Below, piece after piece: positions 37,415 to 50,559 of a DNA stretch of 64,000 nucleotides. Each line of letters begins with the position of its first letter. The stretch's first letter is position 1. The DNA is from Lama glama (Eukaryota), in NCBI GenBank assembly GCA_028534125.1, contig CM052816.1:94490001-94554000 (forward strand), in the 5' to 3' direction. The notes beneath the pieces were generated by a model. It was not told the DNA's origin, did not search any database, and saw only the letters and a program-made list of their open reading frames with translations. The position numbers were made by a program, and so were the translations under genes.

Positions 37415-38559
37415 TGATCTGTACATGGACTAACTTTGTACCCGCGTCTTTCCTGTTTGTGTCATTCAGCACCTTGCAGAATGCTTTACACGTGCGTATC
37501 TGTTGCCGTACTGCTTTTTTAAATTCATTCATTCCGTAAGTGTTTACTTAGCGTATTTGGTGGGTATTAGAGATTTGAATCAAAAAGGTTGCATTGTTCT
37601 TGCCTTGAAGTCAGTCCTAAGAATAATAGCTGTAAAATAACTGGAACTTGTGGTTTGCTCCCCGGTAAGTGGGTAGGCGGTGATGGCTCAGTCCCCGTGG
37701 TGGCTGGTACTGAGAAGACGGTGTTACTTTTGCATTTCATTTATGTACTGGAGACATCTGACATTGCAGTAGTGAAGAGAACTTAAGCAGCAGCATCACC
37801 AGATTACTGGAGACATGTTTTGATTTCCAGGGAGCTAATGAGAGAACTTCCTGGGGATTTTGGAGCCACTGAAGAGACCTGACATATCTCCTCATTGTGA
37901 AATAATGGCAGGAACTCGGTAAACTTCAAAGAGCCACCAGTAAACTTCACTAGTGGATTTTATGTCAGGAAGATAGCAAATCATGGGAAAATTGATTATT
38001 CTGCCTCACAAATGATACAGCGTCAAAGTAAATGATAATGTCAGGTTTACAATTGAGGATTTTTTTTTTTAATATGGATTTCACAATCTGGCAAGAGAAC
38101 TTTCCAGGCTCATCGGTAAACAACAAGTATCTGCTAATGCTTTTCTCAGAATCAAGAAGTGTCCTTTCTTGCTCTGAAAATTAGTACATTTCTTGGTGGC
38201 CAAACAAAGGGAGAATATCTTTGAACATGTAACTGTGAATGGGTTGTAATTACCTCACAAATTAATTGTTTGATTATAATTAAACAGTAGTAAAGTTTGG
38301 GAGAAAATGTGATGAGAAGATTAAGTTTTGGTTAGTTTTTTAGGTTATGTCTATATTTTCAAATTAGTAATAATATTATTAACTTGCAAAAATCTGTTTT
38401 TGTGTAAACCAAAGAAAAATGTGAATAAGAACAACCAGTCAAATTTGTTCAATACCTTCAATTCATCAAATTAATATCTAGACTTAACAGAGACATCATG
38501 ATGCTTGTGGGAAAGAGTATTTCCTTTACTGTTATAAAGTGTTCAGCCGTTGGAGGGTT

Positions 38560-38794
38560 GAATGTTAAGAAGTATCCATTTTTATCCTTAGGAAATGAGG
38601 AGTCATTGAAAGGTTCAAAGTAGATGAATAAGAGAATCGTATTTGTTAAACTTTTAAAGATAGTTTTTAGCTGTACTATGGAGAACAGATTGAAAGCAGG
38701 TATGAACAAGAGACAGACATGCTAATTAGGATAATGAGTTTAGGTGTCTGGGCAAGAGATATCGGTGGCCAGGGTTAGAGTGGTGTCAGTGGGG
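38560..38794 (-). mobile_element. LINE-2 fragment abutting the gap
   Basis: aggaaatgaggagtcattgaaaggtt...gctgtactatggagaacagattg...ggcaagagatatcggtggcc. Confidence 0.55.
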
Positions 38795-39294
38795 NNNNNN
38801 NNNNNNNNNNNNNNNNNNNNNNNNNNNNNNNNNNNNNNNNNNNNNNNNNNNNNNNNNNNNNNNNNNNNNNNNNNNNNNNNNNNNNNNNNNNNNNNNNNNN
38901 NNNNNNNNNNNNNNNNNNNNNNNNNNNNNNNNNNNNNNNNNNNNNNNNNNNNNNNNNNNNNNNNNNNNNNNNNNNNNNNNNNNNNNNNNNNNNNNNNNNN
39001 NNNNNNNNNNNNNNNNNNNNNNNNNNNNNNNNNNNNNNNNNNNNNNNNNNNNNNNNNNNNNNNNNNNNNNNNNNNNNNNNNNNNNNNNNNNNNNNNNNNN
39101 NNNNNNNNNNNNNNNNNNNNNNNNNNNNNNNNNNNNNNNNNNNNNNNNNNNNNNNNNNNNNNNNNNNNNNNNNNNNNNNNNNNNNNNNNNNNNNNNNNNN
39201 NNNNNNNNNNNNNNNNNNNNNNNNNNNNNNNNNNNNNNNNNNNNNNNNNNNNNNNNNNNNNNNNNNNNNNNNNNNNNNNNNNNNNNNNNNNNNN
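38795..39294. other. Assembly gap (500 N)
   Basis: Exactly 500 N. Confidence 1.
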
Positions 39295-40679
39295 CCCCTT
39301 GGCAACCACAAGTTTGTATTCTATGTCTATGAGTCTGTTTCTGTTTTGTATTTATGTTCTTTTGTTTTAGATTCCACATATGAGTGATCTCATATGATTT
39401 TTTTTCTTTCTCTTTTTGGCTTACTTCACTTAGAATGACATTCTCCAGGGTCATCCATGTTGCTGAAAATGGCATTATATTGTCAGTTTTCATGGCTGAA
39501 TAGTATTCCATTGTATAAATATACCACTTCTTTATCCAGTCATCTGTTGATGGACATTTAGGCTATTTTCATGTCTTGGCTATTGTAAATAGTGCTGCTA
39601 TGAACGTTGGGGTGCAAGTGTCTTTTTGAAGTAAGGTTCCTTCTGGATATATGCCCAGGAGTGGAATTCCTGGGTCATATGGTAAGTCTATTCCTAGTCT
39701 TTCGAGGAATCTCCATACTGTTTTCCACAGTGACTGCACCAAACTGCATTCCCACTAGCAGTGTAGGAGGGTTCCCTTTTATCCACAGCCTCTCCAGTGT
39801 TTGTCATTTGTGGACTTTTGAATGATGGCCATTCTGACTGGTGTGAGGTGATGCCTCATTGTAGTTTTGATTTGCATTTCTCTGATAGTGATTGCACATT
39901 TTTTCATGTGCTATTGATCATTTGTATTTCTTCCTTGGAGAATTGCTTGTTTAGGTCTTTGCCCATTTTTGGATTGGGTTGTTTATTTTTTTTCTTATGT
40001 CGTATGAGCTGCTTATATATTCTGGATATCAAGCCTTTGTTGGTTTCATCGTTTGCAAAAATTTTCTCCCATTCTGTAGGTTGTCATTTTGTTTTACTAA
40101 TGGTTTCCTTTGCTGTCCAGAAACTTGTAAGTTTCATTAGGTTCCATTTGTTTATTCTTGCTTTTATTTCTATTGCTTGGATAGACTGCCCTAGGAGAAC
40201 ATTTTTGAGATGTATGTGAGATAATGTTTTGCCTATATTTTCTTCTAGGAGATTTATTGTATCTTGTCTTATGTTTAAGTCTGATATATTTTAAGTTGAT
40301 CCATTTTGAGTTTATTTTTGTGTATGGTGTGAGGGAGTGTTCTAGCTTCATTGATTTACATGCTGCTGTCCAGTTTTCCCAACGCCATTTGCTTAAGAGA
40401 CTGTCTTTATTCCGTTGTAAGTTCTTGCTTCCTTTGTTGAAGATTAGTTGACTGAAAGTTTGTGGGTTCATTTCTGGACTCTCTATTCTGTTCCATTGGT
40501 CTATATGTCTGTTTTTGTACCAATACCATGTTGTCTTGATGACTGTAGCTCTATAGTATTGTCTGAAGTCTGGGAGAGTTATTCTCCAGTCTCTTTCTTT
40601 TTCTTCAGTAATGCTTTGGCAATTCTAGGTCTTTTGTGGTTCCATATAAATTTTATTATGAGTTGTTCTATTTCTGTGA
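39295..40679 (-). mobile_element. Young 5'-truncated LINE-1 (ORF2 C-terminus plus 3'UTR; extreme 3' end in the gap)
   Basis: ORFs 40097..40471 ([27 protein letters not shown]...[12 protein letters not shown]) and 38786..39511 (MEYYSAMK...MPFSATWMTLENVILSEVSQKEKEK) are L1 ORF2p; frameshifted. Confidence 0.95.
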
Positions 40680-42304
40680 CATTGCTGCTTCTAAAAACTA
40701 GATCTCATCTGCGGATAAGATGGGCAGGATATAGGGGAAGTGAAATATGGAGGCTGTAGTGAGCCTCTGGATGAAATGGGCAATGTGCTGAGACTCCAGC
40801 AGGAGACAGGGAGATATTAGGCCATGGATAGTCTTAGACGAGGAGGATGGAAGAAGTCAGGGGAAAGCAGAGGTATTTACTGAGCGAAGGGCTCATTAGA
40901 CAGGCCAAGGGACCATCAAATGAAGCCCACAGAAGACACAGAAATAGCACACACAGGCAGAGCATCAGTCCCCTAGAAGTCTGAGTCATTAACAAGATGG
41001 CCCCAGACAGTCCCCAAGCCTGGAGAATGGTTGCTGTCTTTATTACTGACCCAGGAATTTGCTCAAAATAAAACTAGGTATGGACCCAAATTGAAGAAAT
41101 AGAGGCTGCAGCAGGAAAGTTGACTGAATCTTGAACTGTCAGATTTCAGCCTTTTAGTGTTCTCACAGGACTAGCACCTTGAACAGGACCAGCACCCTCT
41201 GTTGCTCACTAATAGGTTTTCCTTTCTCACCTAACTTGATTCGACAGGCGGAGCAAGTTTTCCTCAAGGGCTCTTTGAAGGGAACCCTGGAGCCGCCACT
41301 GCGGTGATTCCTCCTATCCGATCTCACGCCCCTTTCTGCGCCTCACCCTCGTGCTCACCATCGTTTCATTATCAAACGCGAGGGCTTAGCACAGGACCGC
41401 GGTTGTGTGTCTGGGTGGGTGCTGACACCCTCAGTGCTCTTTTCTCCGACCGGAGGGGAGCAACCTCGATGTCCGAGCACGTACTGTCCACACAGCCCGT
41501 CTCGGGATATGTTTTGGGTCCCCCTTCCCACTGTGGCCGGCTGGCTTGTGCACTTTGAATCTTGAGTCCTGGGGTTCCAGTGACCAGCTCTACGTGGTAG
41601 GAAACGTCTATCTCACACCATCCAGCATCTCATCCATCCTCTCCATTCTCCACTTCAGTCTCTTTTCCATTTTCTTGTATGAGTGAAATCATGGCAAATC
41701 TAGTTTTACTTAATTCTCTGTTCAATCTAAATTTTCCCACTTTCTCAAACCTAGCGTGTGTGGTCCCAACTGATGCCGTGCCACAAGGTTAAATAAAATA
41801 TTTATTGAAGGAATTAATGAAGCTATGAGTACATGTGTTTTGATTTCAGTTTTCATACTGAGTGAGCTAAGCCCCCTCAAGGGACTTTAGATGTTTTTAA
41901 TCTACTTAAAAACGTTTAATAAATTCCACTTAATTAAGTCAAATTAATTATTAATTTAGACTCTTTAAGAAAATGTTATCAAACTATATGATAATTTTTC
42001 TTATAATAATCCTAATATATTATGTGACTCAACAATGTGCTATTCTAAGGGTGAAAATCATTTACATCTGACTCTTCGTAACGTTTAATGAATTTTGGTA
42101 TCATCCATCCACTACTTCTGTACATTTCTATGATCTCTAAACAAGGTAATTGCCACCAAGTATGGAGGGTTAGGTTCTCTGACACCACTTGCTTTTTCTT
42201 AAAACTTTACCATAGGATGCCCTCTCTAAACCACTCACTGTTCTTATGGAATCCCAATTTCTCTGGACAGTTTCTAAATCACATTTTTGTGTTCTTCTTG
42301 GTTT

Positions 42305-43532
42305 TTTTGAACAATTTTATTTAGTATAATTGTTGTACAAAAAAAAAACCCCAACCCTGCCTATATTTAATGTATACAATTTGATGAGTCTGGACACATA
42401 CATACACCCAGGATTCTATCACCACAATCAAAGTAATATACATACAAGCATAATCATCTGCTCCAAAAGTTTCCCTGTGTCCCTTTGCCTCTTTTTTTCC
42501 CCTTTGGTGATAGGAAAACTTAATATGAAATATACCCTCTTAAGAAAAATTCACACGTACAGCACTATTGGTAAATACAGGCACTGTGTTATACCGCAGA
42601 TCTCAAGACTTCTTCATCTTGTAAATAACTGAAACTTTATACCCTTGAACTACGACTCCGCCCTTTACCCATTCCCTGTCCCCTGGCAACTGCCATTCTA
42701 TTTTCTGCTTCTAGAGGTTTGACAATTTTAGATACTGTTAAATAAGCAGAATTGCAATTTTTGTCTTACTGTAACTGACTTATTTCACTTAGCATAACGT
42801 CTTCCAGGTCCATCCGTGTTGTCGCAAATAGTTCAGTTTTTTCCTTTTCTAAGGCTGAGTCATATTTCATGGTGTATGCCATAGGTTCTTTATCCAGTTG
42901 TTTAATTTTGTACATATCTTGGCTATTGTGAATTATGCTGCAGTGAGCATGGGAGTGTAGATACCTCCTCTAGATTCTGACTTCGGTTCTTCTGGACGTA
43001 TACCCAGGCGTGGGATTACCAGATCATATAGTAGTTCTATTTTTAACTTTTTAAGGAACCTCCGTACTGGTTTACATAGTGGCTGCACCATTTTACATTT
43101 CCATCAACAGTGTATAATTTCTCCACATCCTCGCTAATACTTGCTATCTTTTGCTCTTTTAATAATAACCATCCTAAGAGGTATTTAGGTGAGACCAGGT
43201 TGCAGTTTGGTTTTGCATTTCCTTGATAATTAGTGGTGTTGAGCACCTTTTTTATATATTTGTTGGCCATTTATATGCCTTCTTTGGAGAAATGTCTATT
43301 CAAGTACTTTACCACTTTTAATTGATTTCTTTTTGTTTTTTCACTTTTGAGTTATACGAGTTCCATATCTGTTTTAGAAATTAACCCCTTTGAATATTTT
43401 CTTCCACTCCATAGGTTGCCTTTTCACTCTGTTGGCTGTTTCCTTTGCTGAAAGGAAAGGAAGCTTTTTAGTCTGATGTAGTCCTACTTGTCTGTCTTTC
43501 CTTGTGTGTCCTGTATTTTTGGTGTCATATCA
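42305..43532 (-). mobile_element. LINE-1 3' end (L1MA/L1MB-like)
   Basis: 3'UTR motifs aatgtatacaatttgatgag, taactgaaactttataccc, cccctggcaactgccattcta, followed by antisense ORF2 end. Confidence 0.88.
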
Positions 43533-44584
43533 CTTTTTATATCATCAGTAATTTATATCATCACTTCACTGAAACTGTCCAGGGGAAGCTATATTAGTGG
43601 TCTTCTGCCTCATGATCATTCTTGTATTTATCTTGCTGGCTTCTCTTGTTCTTTCTATCCTCCAATCCAGATAACCTTCAAAGATATTTCTTCACTCTTC
43701 TTCTCATCTCTCTTTATAGTCTCATATTCACTGAATTAATTTAATAGCACATATTCACTTACAACCAGTACTACAAATTTCACTAAATGCATCTCCATCG
43801 TTTTATTTTTCTGACTGATTTCTTGGGTACCCAGCTGGCCTTATTAGCGACATCCCTTCCTTGAATGCCCTTTCATCCCAAAGTGTCTAAGATGCTCAGG
43901 AATTATTCAGTCCTGAGAGGTCTGTTCTCCCTGCAAACATCAAAGTGAGAAATGGGCAAGGTTCTCTCTCTACTCAAACCACAGTTTAAGTGTCTCCCTT
44001 TGGAATACTCTCAGTTGCAGCTTCTCTATTTCCCAATTCTAAGGTCAGTTTCAATTCCAAGCATAAGACCAGCTTAGGTCCTTTGAGTTCCCAGCCCCAG
44101 TGATGTGCTGCGGCAAAAACAGCCCTCCCTATGAGTCCTAGGCCCTTGGGTTGAGGTAAGGTAAAAATGACTATAACAGTAGTGACGGTGCACTAAGGCA
44201 TTTCAGAACCCCATCCTTAGAGTTCATACAAGTAAAAATCATTTAAATGATGAGTCTTAATATGAATGTTAATGAACTTCATAGTTTGCGCTGACATCAG
44301 ATGTCTCTACATTACTGGATTGCTGTGGGCTCTGGAGCAAAAAAATCGACAGTACTGGGAATAGTTAGTCCATCTAATATTAGTGCCTTCAGCATTTCCA
44401 TCCTTATGTCCAGATCGCCTAAAACATCATCCTTGATCTCATTCTCTCTTCTACTTTGAAGGAAGAGTTTCTTCCCTGGCCAAGGCCAATCCTTTCAGTG
44501 TAATTACCTTAACATTTTTGTAAAGTAAGGGAAAAAAAAACAGAACTGAAGAAATAGCAGTTTTATGGTGTTTATGCAAGGCAA

Positions 44585-44760
44585 CATGTGTAAAGCACTT
44601 AGTGTGGATGCATTTATTTAATAGATACTTATTGAGCACCTACTGTGTGCCAGGAGTGTTCTAGAAACCAGTGACAACCCAGCAGGATTGTTTCCTCCTT
44701 ACATGCTGTCCTAGTAGTTACACACTCAGTAGTAAGTGCTCAATAAATATTTCTGCCTCC
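44585..44760. mobile_element. MIR/L2 3'-end fragments
   Basis: catgtgtaaagcacttag; atacttattgagcacctactgtgtgccagg; agtaagtgctcaataaatattt. Confidence 0.6.
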
Positions 44761-45224
44761 AACTTTATTCTTGTGTTTTGTGTTATTTTATTAATAAACT
44801 ATAGGTTATTAGATGCAAAGGACAAACATTCTTGCTCCTTGAAGACCTTGGCATTTACTGTGTACTCCTTAGCAAAGCTCAGAGGGAACATTCACTTAAT
44901 TAATTGCTTGTGTCATATATGTGATGACTAAGTAAACATTTATTGAATGGACATTTTAAAAACACATTGATTCAGCTTCCTTTATAAAGAAATTCTGATT
45001 CAATTAAAAACTCATTGTGCAAACAAAAGAAACAAGTAACCCAAATTAGCTTCTATTTTTGATACTATAATAGTGAACAAAATTAAAGGAAACAGATGAA
45101 AACTTAAGTACTTCGCTCTTTAGTAGTACATTTAGTATGAATTTTTAAATACAGTGGAAAATAAATATTTACAAATCTAGCTTGGGGGAGAAATAGCTAA
45201 TTCTTACAAACCTTTCAGCTTTCA

Positions 45225-46520
45225 GCTAAGAGAGGAACAATGCCCAGAAATACCTTCCCACCTGAAACAATAACAGTGACAAAAAAATAAATATAAAAAT
45301 AGGAAATAGCAGTTTTGTAGACATGCGAGGTGGCAGCAAAAAACACCTGAATTCCAGAAGAGCAAGTCGTCTTCTTGATGTGGTTGCTGATGACGGTGCA
45401 GGTTGGCGGAAGCAGTCCCACAAATGGAACCTTCTCAGACCAGTTACAGAAAATGTAACCGAGCAGGACCCTGTGGGGCTTTCCCAGGACAGACCCTTCC
45501 CCGTATCCTCTGCTGTAGCCCCTCTCCGAAGTACCCAGATCAGAGGATCTGGTGCACACTTCCCGAGCTGTTTTACAGATGCTAAAACCACCGCTGAATG
45601 GACGAAATTAACTCCTTGATGATCATGAGCCCCCAGACCTACTGGCGCCTAAGGATTGGTCGCGTTACCTGCCCTATGATCTCACCATCAACCAGTCAGA
45701 GAACTGTGCACAAGCTGATCACGTACCCAGTGACACGCTGCCCTCCCTCACCTGCTCTTTAAAAATGCCTTGCTGAAACCCTCTGGGAGCTGGGGGTCTC
45801 AGAGCACAAGCCACCCGTCCCCCTTGGACTGGTGCCTTTACAATAAATGCTGCACTTTCCTCCACCCCAAAACAAACAAAAAACAGCAAGAACGATGACA
45901 CCAGAAGAACTTCAGGCGATGAAGGACAGTGATTCTAACGAGATACAAAGCAGGTGCGGTGAGTCCTACGGCTGCCCCAGCTTGCCGCCCTGAGAGAGTC
46001 TCCCCAGCACAGTGGAGAAGGGAGGACCCAGGCAGAGCCCAGAGCACTCCCTGAGATGGAGACAGCGCTGAGAGTCCGGGAGGTAAAGGAGGCTGGAATT
46101 TGCAGGGCAAAAAAGAAGAAAGGTGATTGCTGCTCAGAAGGCGAACCCTTGAGAGCTGCAGAGGGTCCCCTTCGACTGTTCAGCAGAGAACTGAGCAGCC
46201 CGTGTATATCAGGAGACTGCCAGGGAGCAGTGAAAGATCTCTCGGGAAGGATGGGAGGAAACAGTCCCTGGTGCTCACGCCAGCGCCAAGGATATGTGTT
46301 TGCATCCCCTCAGCCAAGCTGGGAAACGCCGTAATTCCTGAGACCTGGGGTAGAGCACTCGTAAGCTCTATAAAACTGATGTGAAGGAAATGTGAAGCCA
46401 GAGCCTTCAGCAAGCGCACCCCAGGGCAGCGTCTGTCCTAGCAGGAGCCCAAGAAGGTTCTTATGTCCTGACTCAGATTGCTTCACCGTCTCGCCATACT
46501 GGACTGCTGGTAACATATGC
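45225..46520 (+). mobile_element. Probable old L1 5'UTR-region remnant, interrupted by the ERV LTR
   Basis: Motifs resembling old L1M 5' ends (ccttcccacctgaaacaa; gggaggacccaggcagagccc; ccctgagatggagacag; ggaaacagtccctggtgctcac). Family uncertain. Confidence 0.5.
45454..45868 (+). mobile_element. ERV1-class LTR, sense orientation, U5 end apparently missing
   Basis: Starts tgtaaccgagcaggaccc; has gattggt/ccaatc-like elements, TATA-like tttaaaaa (45758-45765) and AATAAA (45842-45847). No terminal ...aaca matching the start. Confidence 0.82.
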
Positions 46521-46684
46521 AAACATGCAGTGAATTAAACTAATTCGGATAATACAAACAATGAATTTCTACTTACCTATGAGGAGTTCTGTATAATCTG
46601 TAACTATTAATGTTTTTAAGGCATTATCAACTCAAAGGTATGAGCTGGTTTCCTGTTATGCAGACATATTTGAGATAAAATATA

Positions 46685-47163
46685 CCGACATACCTTGTTT
46701 TATGGTGCTTCACACACAGATACTGCATTTTTTACAAATTGAAGGTCTGGGGTAACCCTGCATTGAGCAAGTCTATTGGCGCCATTTTTCCAACATCATT
46801 TACTGTGTCATGTCTCTGTGTCATATTTTGGTAATTCTCACAATATTTCAGACTTTTTCACTATTATTATATTTGTTAATGTGATCTGTAATCAGTGATC
46901 TTTGACGTTAACTATTGCAAAAAGATTATGACTTGGTGAAGGCTCAGATGATGGTTAATATTTTAGCAATGAAGATTTATAAATTAAGATATGTACTTTT
47001 TTTAGACATAAGGTTATTGAACACTTAACAGACTACAGTCTAGTGTAAACATAACTTTTGTATGAACTGGGAAAACAAAACCTTGTGGAACTCACTTCTC
47101 TGTGATGATGCCCTTATTATGGTGGTCTGGAACCAAGCCTGCAGTGTCTCTGAGGCATGCCTG
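46685..47163 (+). mobile_element. Tigger1 internal-deletion derivative (TcMar-Tigger)
   Basis: Terminal inverted repeats ccgacatacctt... / ...gaggcatgcctg with TA at the left flank; internal ttttttacaaattgaagg and ggtggtctggaacc match Tigger1 ends. Confidence 0.9.
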
Positions 47164-47591
47164 TGTATTATAAAGGCTGGAAAAGAACATCTTCTAGAAC
47201 TTGCATGTGTTTATGGAAAGGAACTCCCCCAGAAAAGCAGCAGAACTTTCAGGGAGAAGAAGAGGAGGTTAGATACACAAGATGCAGTCAGCAGAGATCT
47301 TAGTATTCATTGCTTCCAAATAATCCTTGCTGCCCTTCATAGAGGAGAAGAAAAACTTAAGCTTCAACAATATGTTTCACCATAAAGGGAAAAGCTGAGC
47401 TCTCATTTGTACAGTGTCCCTTGCTGAGATCCCTGAAATAATGTCAACATAAAAATCTGCCCTTTGGAAAAGAGCAAGGGTGTTTTTCACGTATGCAGAG
47501 GCTGCCACTACTTTTTAAAGATCTCACCCTGGAACATCACAGGGTAGCAAATAAAATGAACTCATCTTTTCTGGGAAGACATATCCCTGTG

Positions 47592-47680
47592 ATGTAATAA
47601 TTATTTTGTGATGTACATAAGTCAAATCATTCTGCTGTGCACCTGAAACTTTATACAGTGCTGTGTATCAACTGTATCTG
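47592..47680 (+). mobile_element. Short old L1 3'-terminal fragment
   Basis: aagtcaaatcattctgctgtgcacctgaaactttatacagtgctgtgtatcaactgtatct. Confidence 0.65.
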
Positions 47681-48289
47681 CCAAGTTACCCCCACACTAT
47701 TTTTACAGCTTTCTTAGAGGTCTTCCCATCTCCAAAACACAACTGTGCAAATCATTCATTTTTAAAAGAAGTTAGCTGTGATATTGTAAAAACTTTTTCT
47801 TAATTTTTTAGTTAAAATACATGATTTACTATAATTATGTCTGTTAAAAAAAACTTCAGTGTATAGAAAAATAAAATGTAAAGATTAAAAAATAGTACAG
47901 AAGTCCCTGTGGTTGGAACAGCTAAGGTCCTTGACATACTAATTGAATCTTATTTTTTATTAAAGTTAATCCTTTAACAGTGGATTTTTGGTAGCTTTGT
48001 AGAAGCGTTCTTCGTTGGTCCAGTTGGCTGTTTTTTAAGTGATAAGTGAAATATCGTGGTTATTCTCTTTGTAATTAGACTGTATGGAATCAGTGTCCTT
48101 GTTCTGCTGGAACTTAAAGCATGAAAAATGTAGGTTTAAAGCATTATTTTCTTCAAGCTACAATATATAAATAATTTAAATACCAAATTAGTGTATAAAA
48201 GCAGCTAGATGGCCAGTAGCGACTTAAACACATGCTCCAAGTCACATAAACGTAGTTTACTAAGCCTTTCACTTTTGGTGACAGGAGTA

Positions 48290-48490
48290 TTGATCTCTGT
48301 TGAGTGCTGGCCATTTGCCAAACATAACACAGGCTTATTCTTCTTGGTGTCTCATTTAATCCTCACCTCAACCTAATGAGTATTGTAAACCCATTTTGCA
48401 GGTACTGAAACTGATCCTTAGAAAGACTGAATAACTTATCAGGTCCCAGGACTATGATGAGAACTCAGGTCTGTCTGAACGTCTCAGCCA
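48290..48490 (-). mobile_element. MIR
   Basis: tctcatttaatcctcacctcaacctaatgag...cccattttgcaggtactgaaactga...gaactcaggtctgtctga. Confidence 0.8.
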
Positions 48491-48597
48491 TGAGTTCACA
48501 TCAGCAACCTCTGCTTCTCAAATCTGACGTCTTGAGAAATCCTGTTTTTCCCCTGGGCCATCCTGTCTTTTTGGTCTGAATTCCACTTTCCGTATAG

Positions 48598-48810
<213 letters not shown>

Positions 48811-49502
48811 TAAATGGTGCTGTTTATCTTCTCCTGACAAACCTGGCAGTGGAGCTGGAACATTCAGTCAGATGTTGGGAAGGAACTGTAACCGACCTGA
48901 TTTAAGATGTTCAGAAGGTGTCTGAAATGGCCTGATTTGTACTGGAGACACCTTTCACAAAATGTATGCCTGCCCTGAATACAAATTATGCATAATTTTA
49001 CACAAAACGGAAGCTTTGCATTTAGTCAGCTTCCTGGAGATGAGGAGATGCCATGTCAGTCTCTCAGTTTGGTTCTTTTTTCTAAATGATCCAGAGTTGC
49101 AGATTCTGGAAATGAAAGAGTTTGACGTTTTGACATTTACTTGCATTGTTTGCTAATATCTGATGCTACATTATAAAATTGCTCCTCAAATACCAGCCAC
49201 ACGTGCAGTTTCCGTGTGTGAAGACATTTCAAATCCATACGTAGAATGATTATTCAGTTAAGGCTTGACTTGAGATTATGAAGTATTTAAAAACAAAACT
49301 TAGTCACTTGACCAAAAAATAAGTTATCTGCCTAAAGACCATGTTTTCATTTGTAAAAATATAAGTGTGTGTGAGTATGAGTGTGAGTGTGGAAGAAACA
49401 TAAAGCTCTATGAGACAATTTTTATTTCTCAAAGATGCATTGGAATTTCCTGTCATTTTGTTCTGTAATGTGTTTGACATTGTGCATTTTTAAGGAACAA
49501 TG

Positions 49503-49858
49503 ATTGCTGTGGCAAATAAACTCCCATGTTATAGTGGCTTGACACAAGAGCGATTTGTTTCTCATTCATGCAACAGATAGAAGAGGTGGATGCTGGTCAG
49601 GGGGCTGCTTCCCTGCTGCCCTTCCATGCAGTAATTAATGACCCAGCTTCTCTCTTGAGAGCCCTGCCATCCCCTATGGCCTCATCATCAATTGCATCAT
49701 CAATTACATCACTGCAGCCATAGTCCATTGGTGAAATGTAGTCACATGCCCTCCCATAGGTGGAAGTGGGGCAGGGATTCCTAGTCTTGAGGTCTGTAGT
49801 CACTCTGCCCAGGAAGCGGGGACATGAGTTTGGTACTCTCTAACCAACTGCTGCCACA
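49503..49858 (-). mobile_element. Old MaLR LTR (MLT1J/K-like)
   Basis: gctgtggcaaataaactccc...agtggcttgacacaa...ttgtttctcattcatg; tccattggtgaaatgtagtcacatg; ends ctgccaca. Confidence 0.65.
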
Positions 49859-50559
49859 AAATAATTAAAAAATCCTTGTATCCATTGCTCTAAGATATTT
49901 TATTGCTGTGGGATTAATTTGTAGTTGGAATGTTTCTAGTGGAGCCACCTGCCATTCGTCTTTTAACATGGTTCTTTACATCGTCCAATGGTGATAACCT
50001 TTAAATGGGAATCATTGCGCCTCTTGTGAGTCTAAATTTCTTGGATGGAATAGCATTTTCAATTGTAAAGCCTTATTTTAGGTACACAAAAGTGTATCTG
50101 CTTCTGCATCCAAGTACCCAGGCTATACATAGTTGCAAATAGGTACATTGTGATCTCTTAAATGCATCATAGGCTTGTCTGAACACCCAAATTAACTAGA
50201 GCAGGATGGACAAGAAAAAGGCAAAATGAATTATGTCTACTTGAAATTGTTATCAGAAGGTTCTGGTTGAAGGTGATGAGACTAATGTATAGAGAAAATA
50301 GTATTTATAAGTGTGTATTCGATTTTGTACATGTGGTTGTTCATATTTGAAGAGCTTTTTTTAATCGTGAACATCACCTAAGAAGCGAAGTCTGTAAGGT
50401 TTTTTAGGTCCATAAACACTGTTGAATTTAGAACTATAGTATTTTGCTTTGAAACCCATTGTTTCCCTGTTGGTCAGATTACGTTTTCAATTCATATTCC
50501 TAATCTTTCTGGGTGATACTTTTGCATACTCTACATCTTTTGTTTTGTTTCACCCACCT

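Noticed and set aside
37465..37485. REST/RE1 site (ttcagcacc ttgcagaatgct)
   Set aside because: The left half is perfect but the right half lacks the critical GGA(C/G)AG. Half-sites are common by chance.
38740..39511. Long ORFs (178-241 aa) here and at 61409-61990
   Set aside because: Artefacts of translating N runs. The real residues are L1 ORF2p tails.
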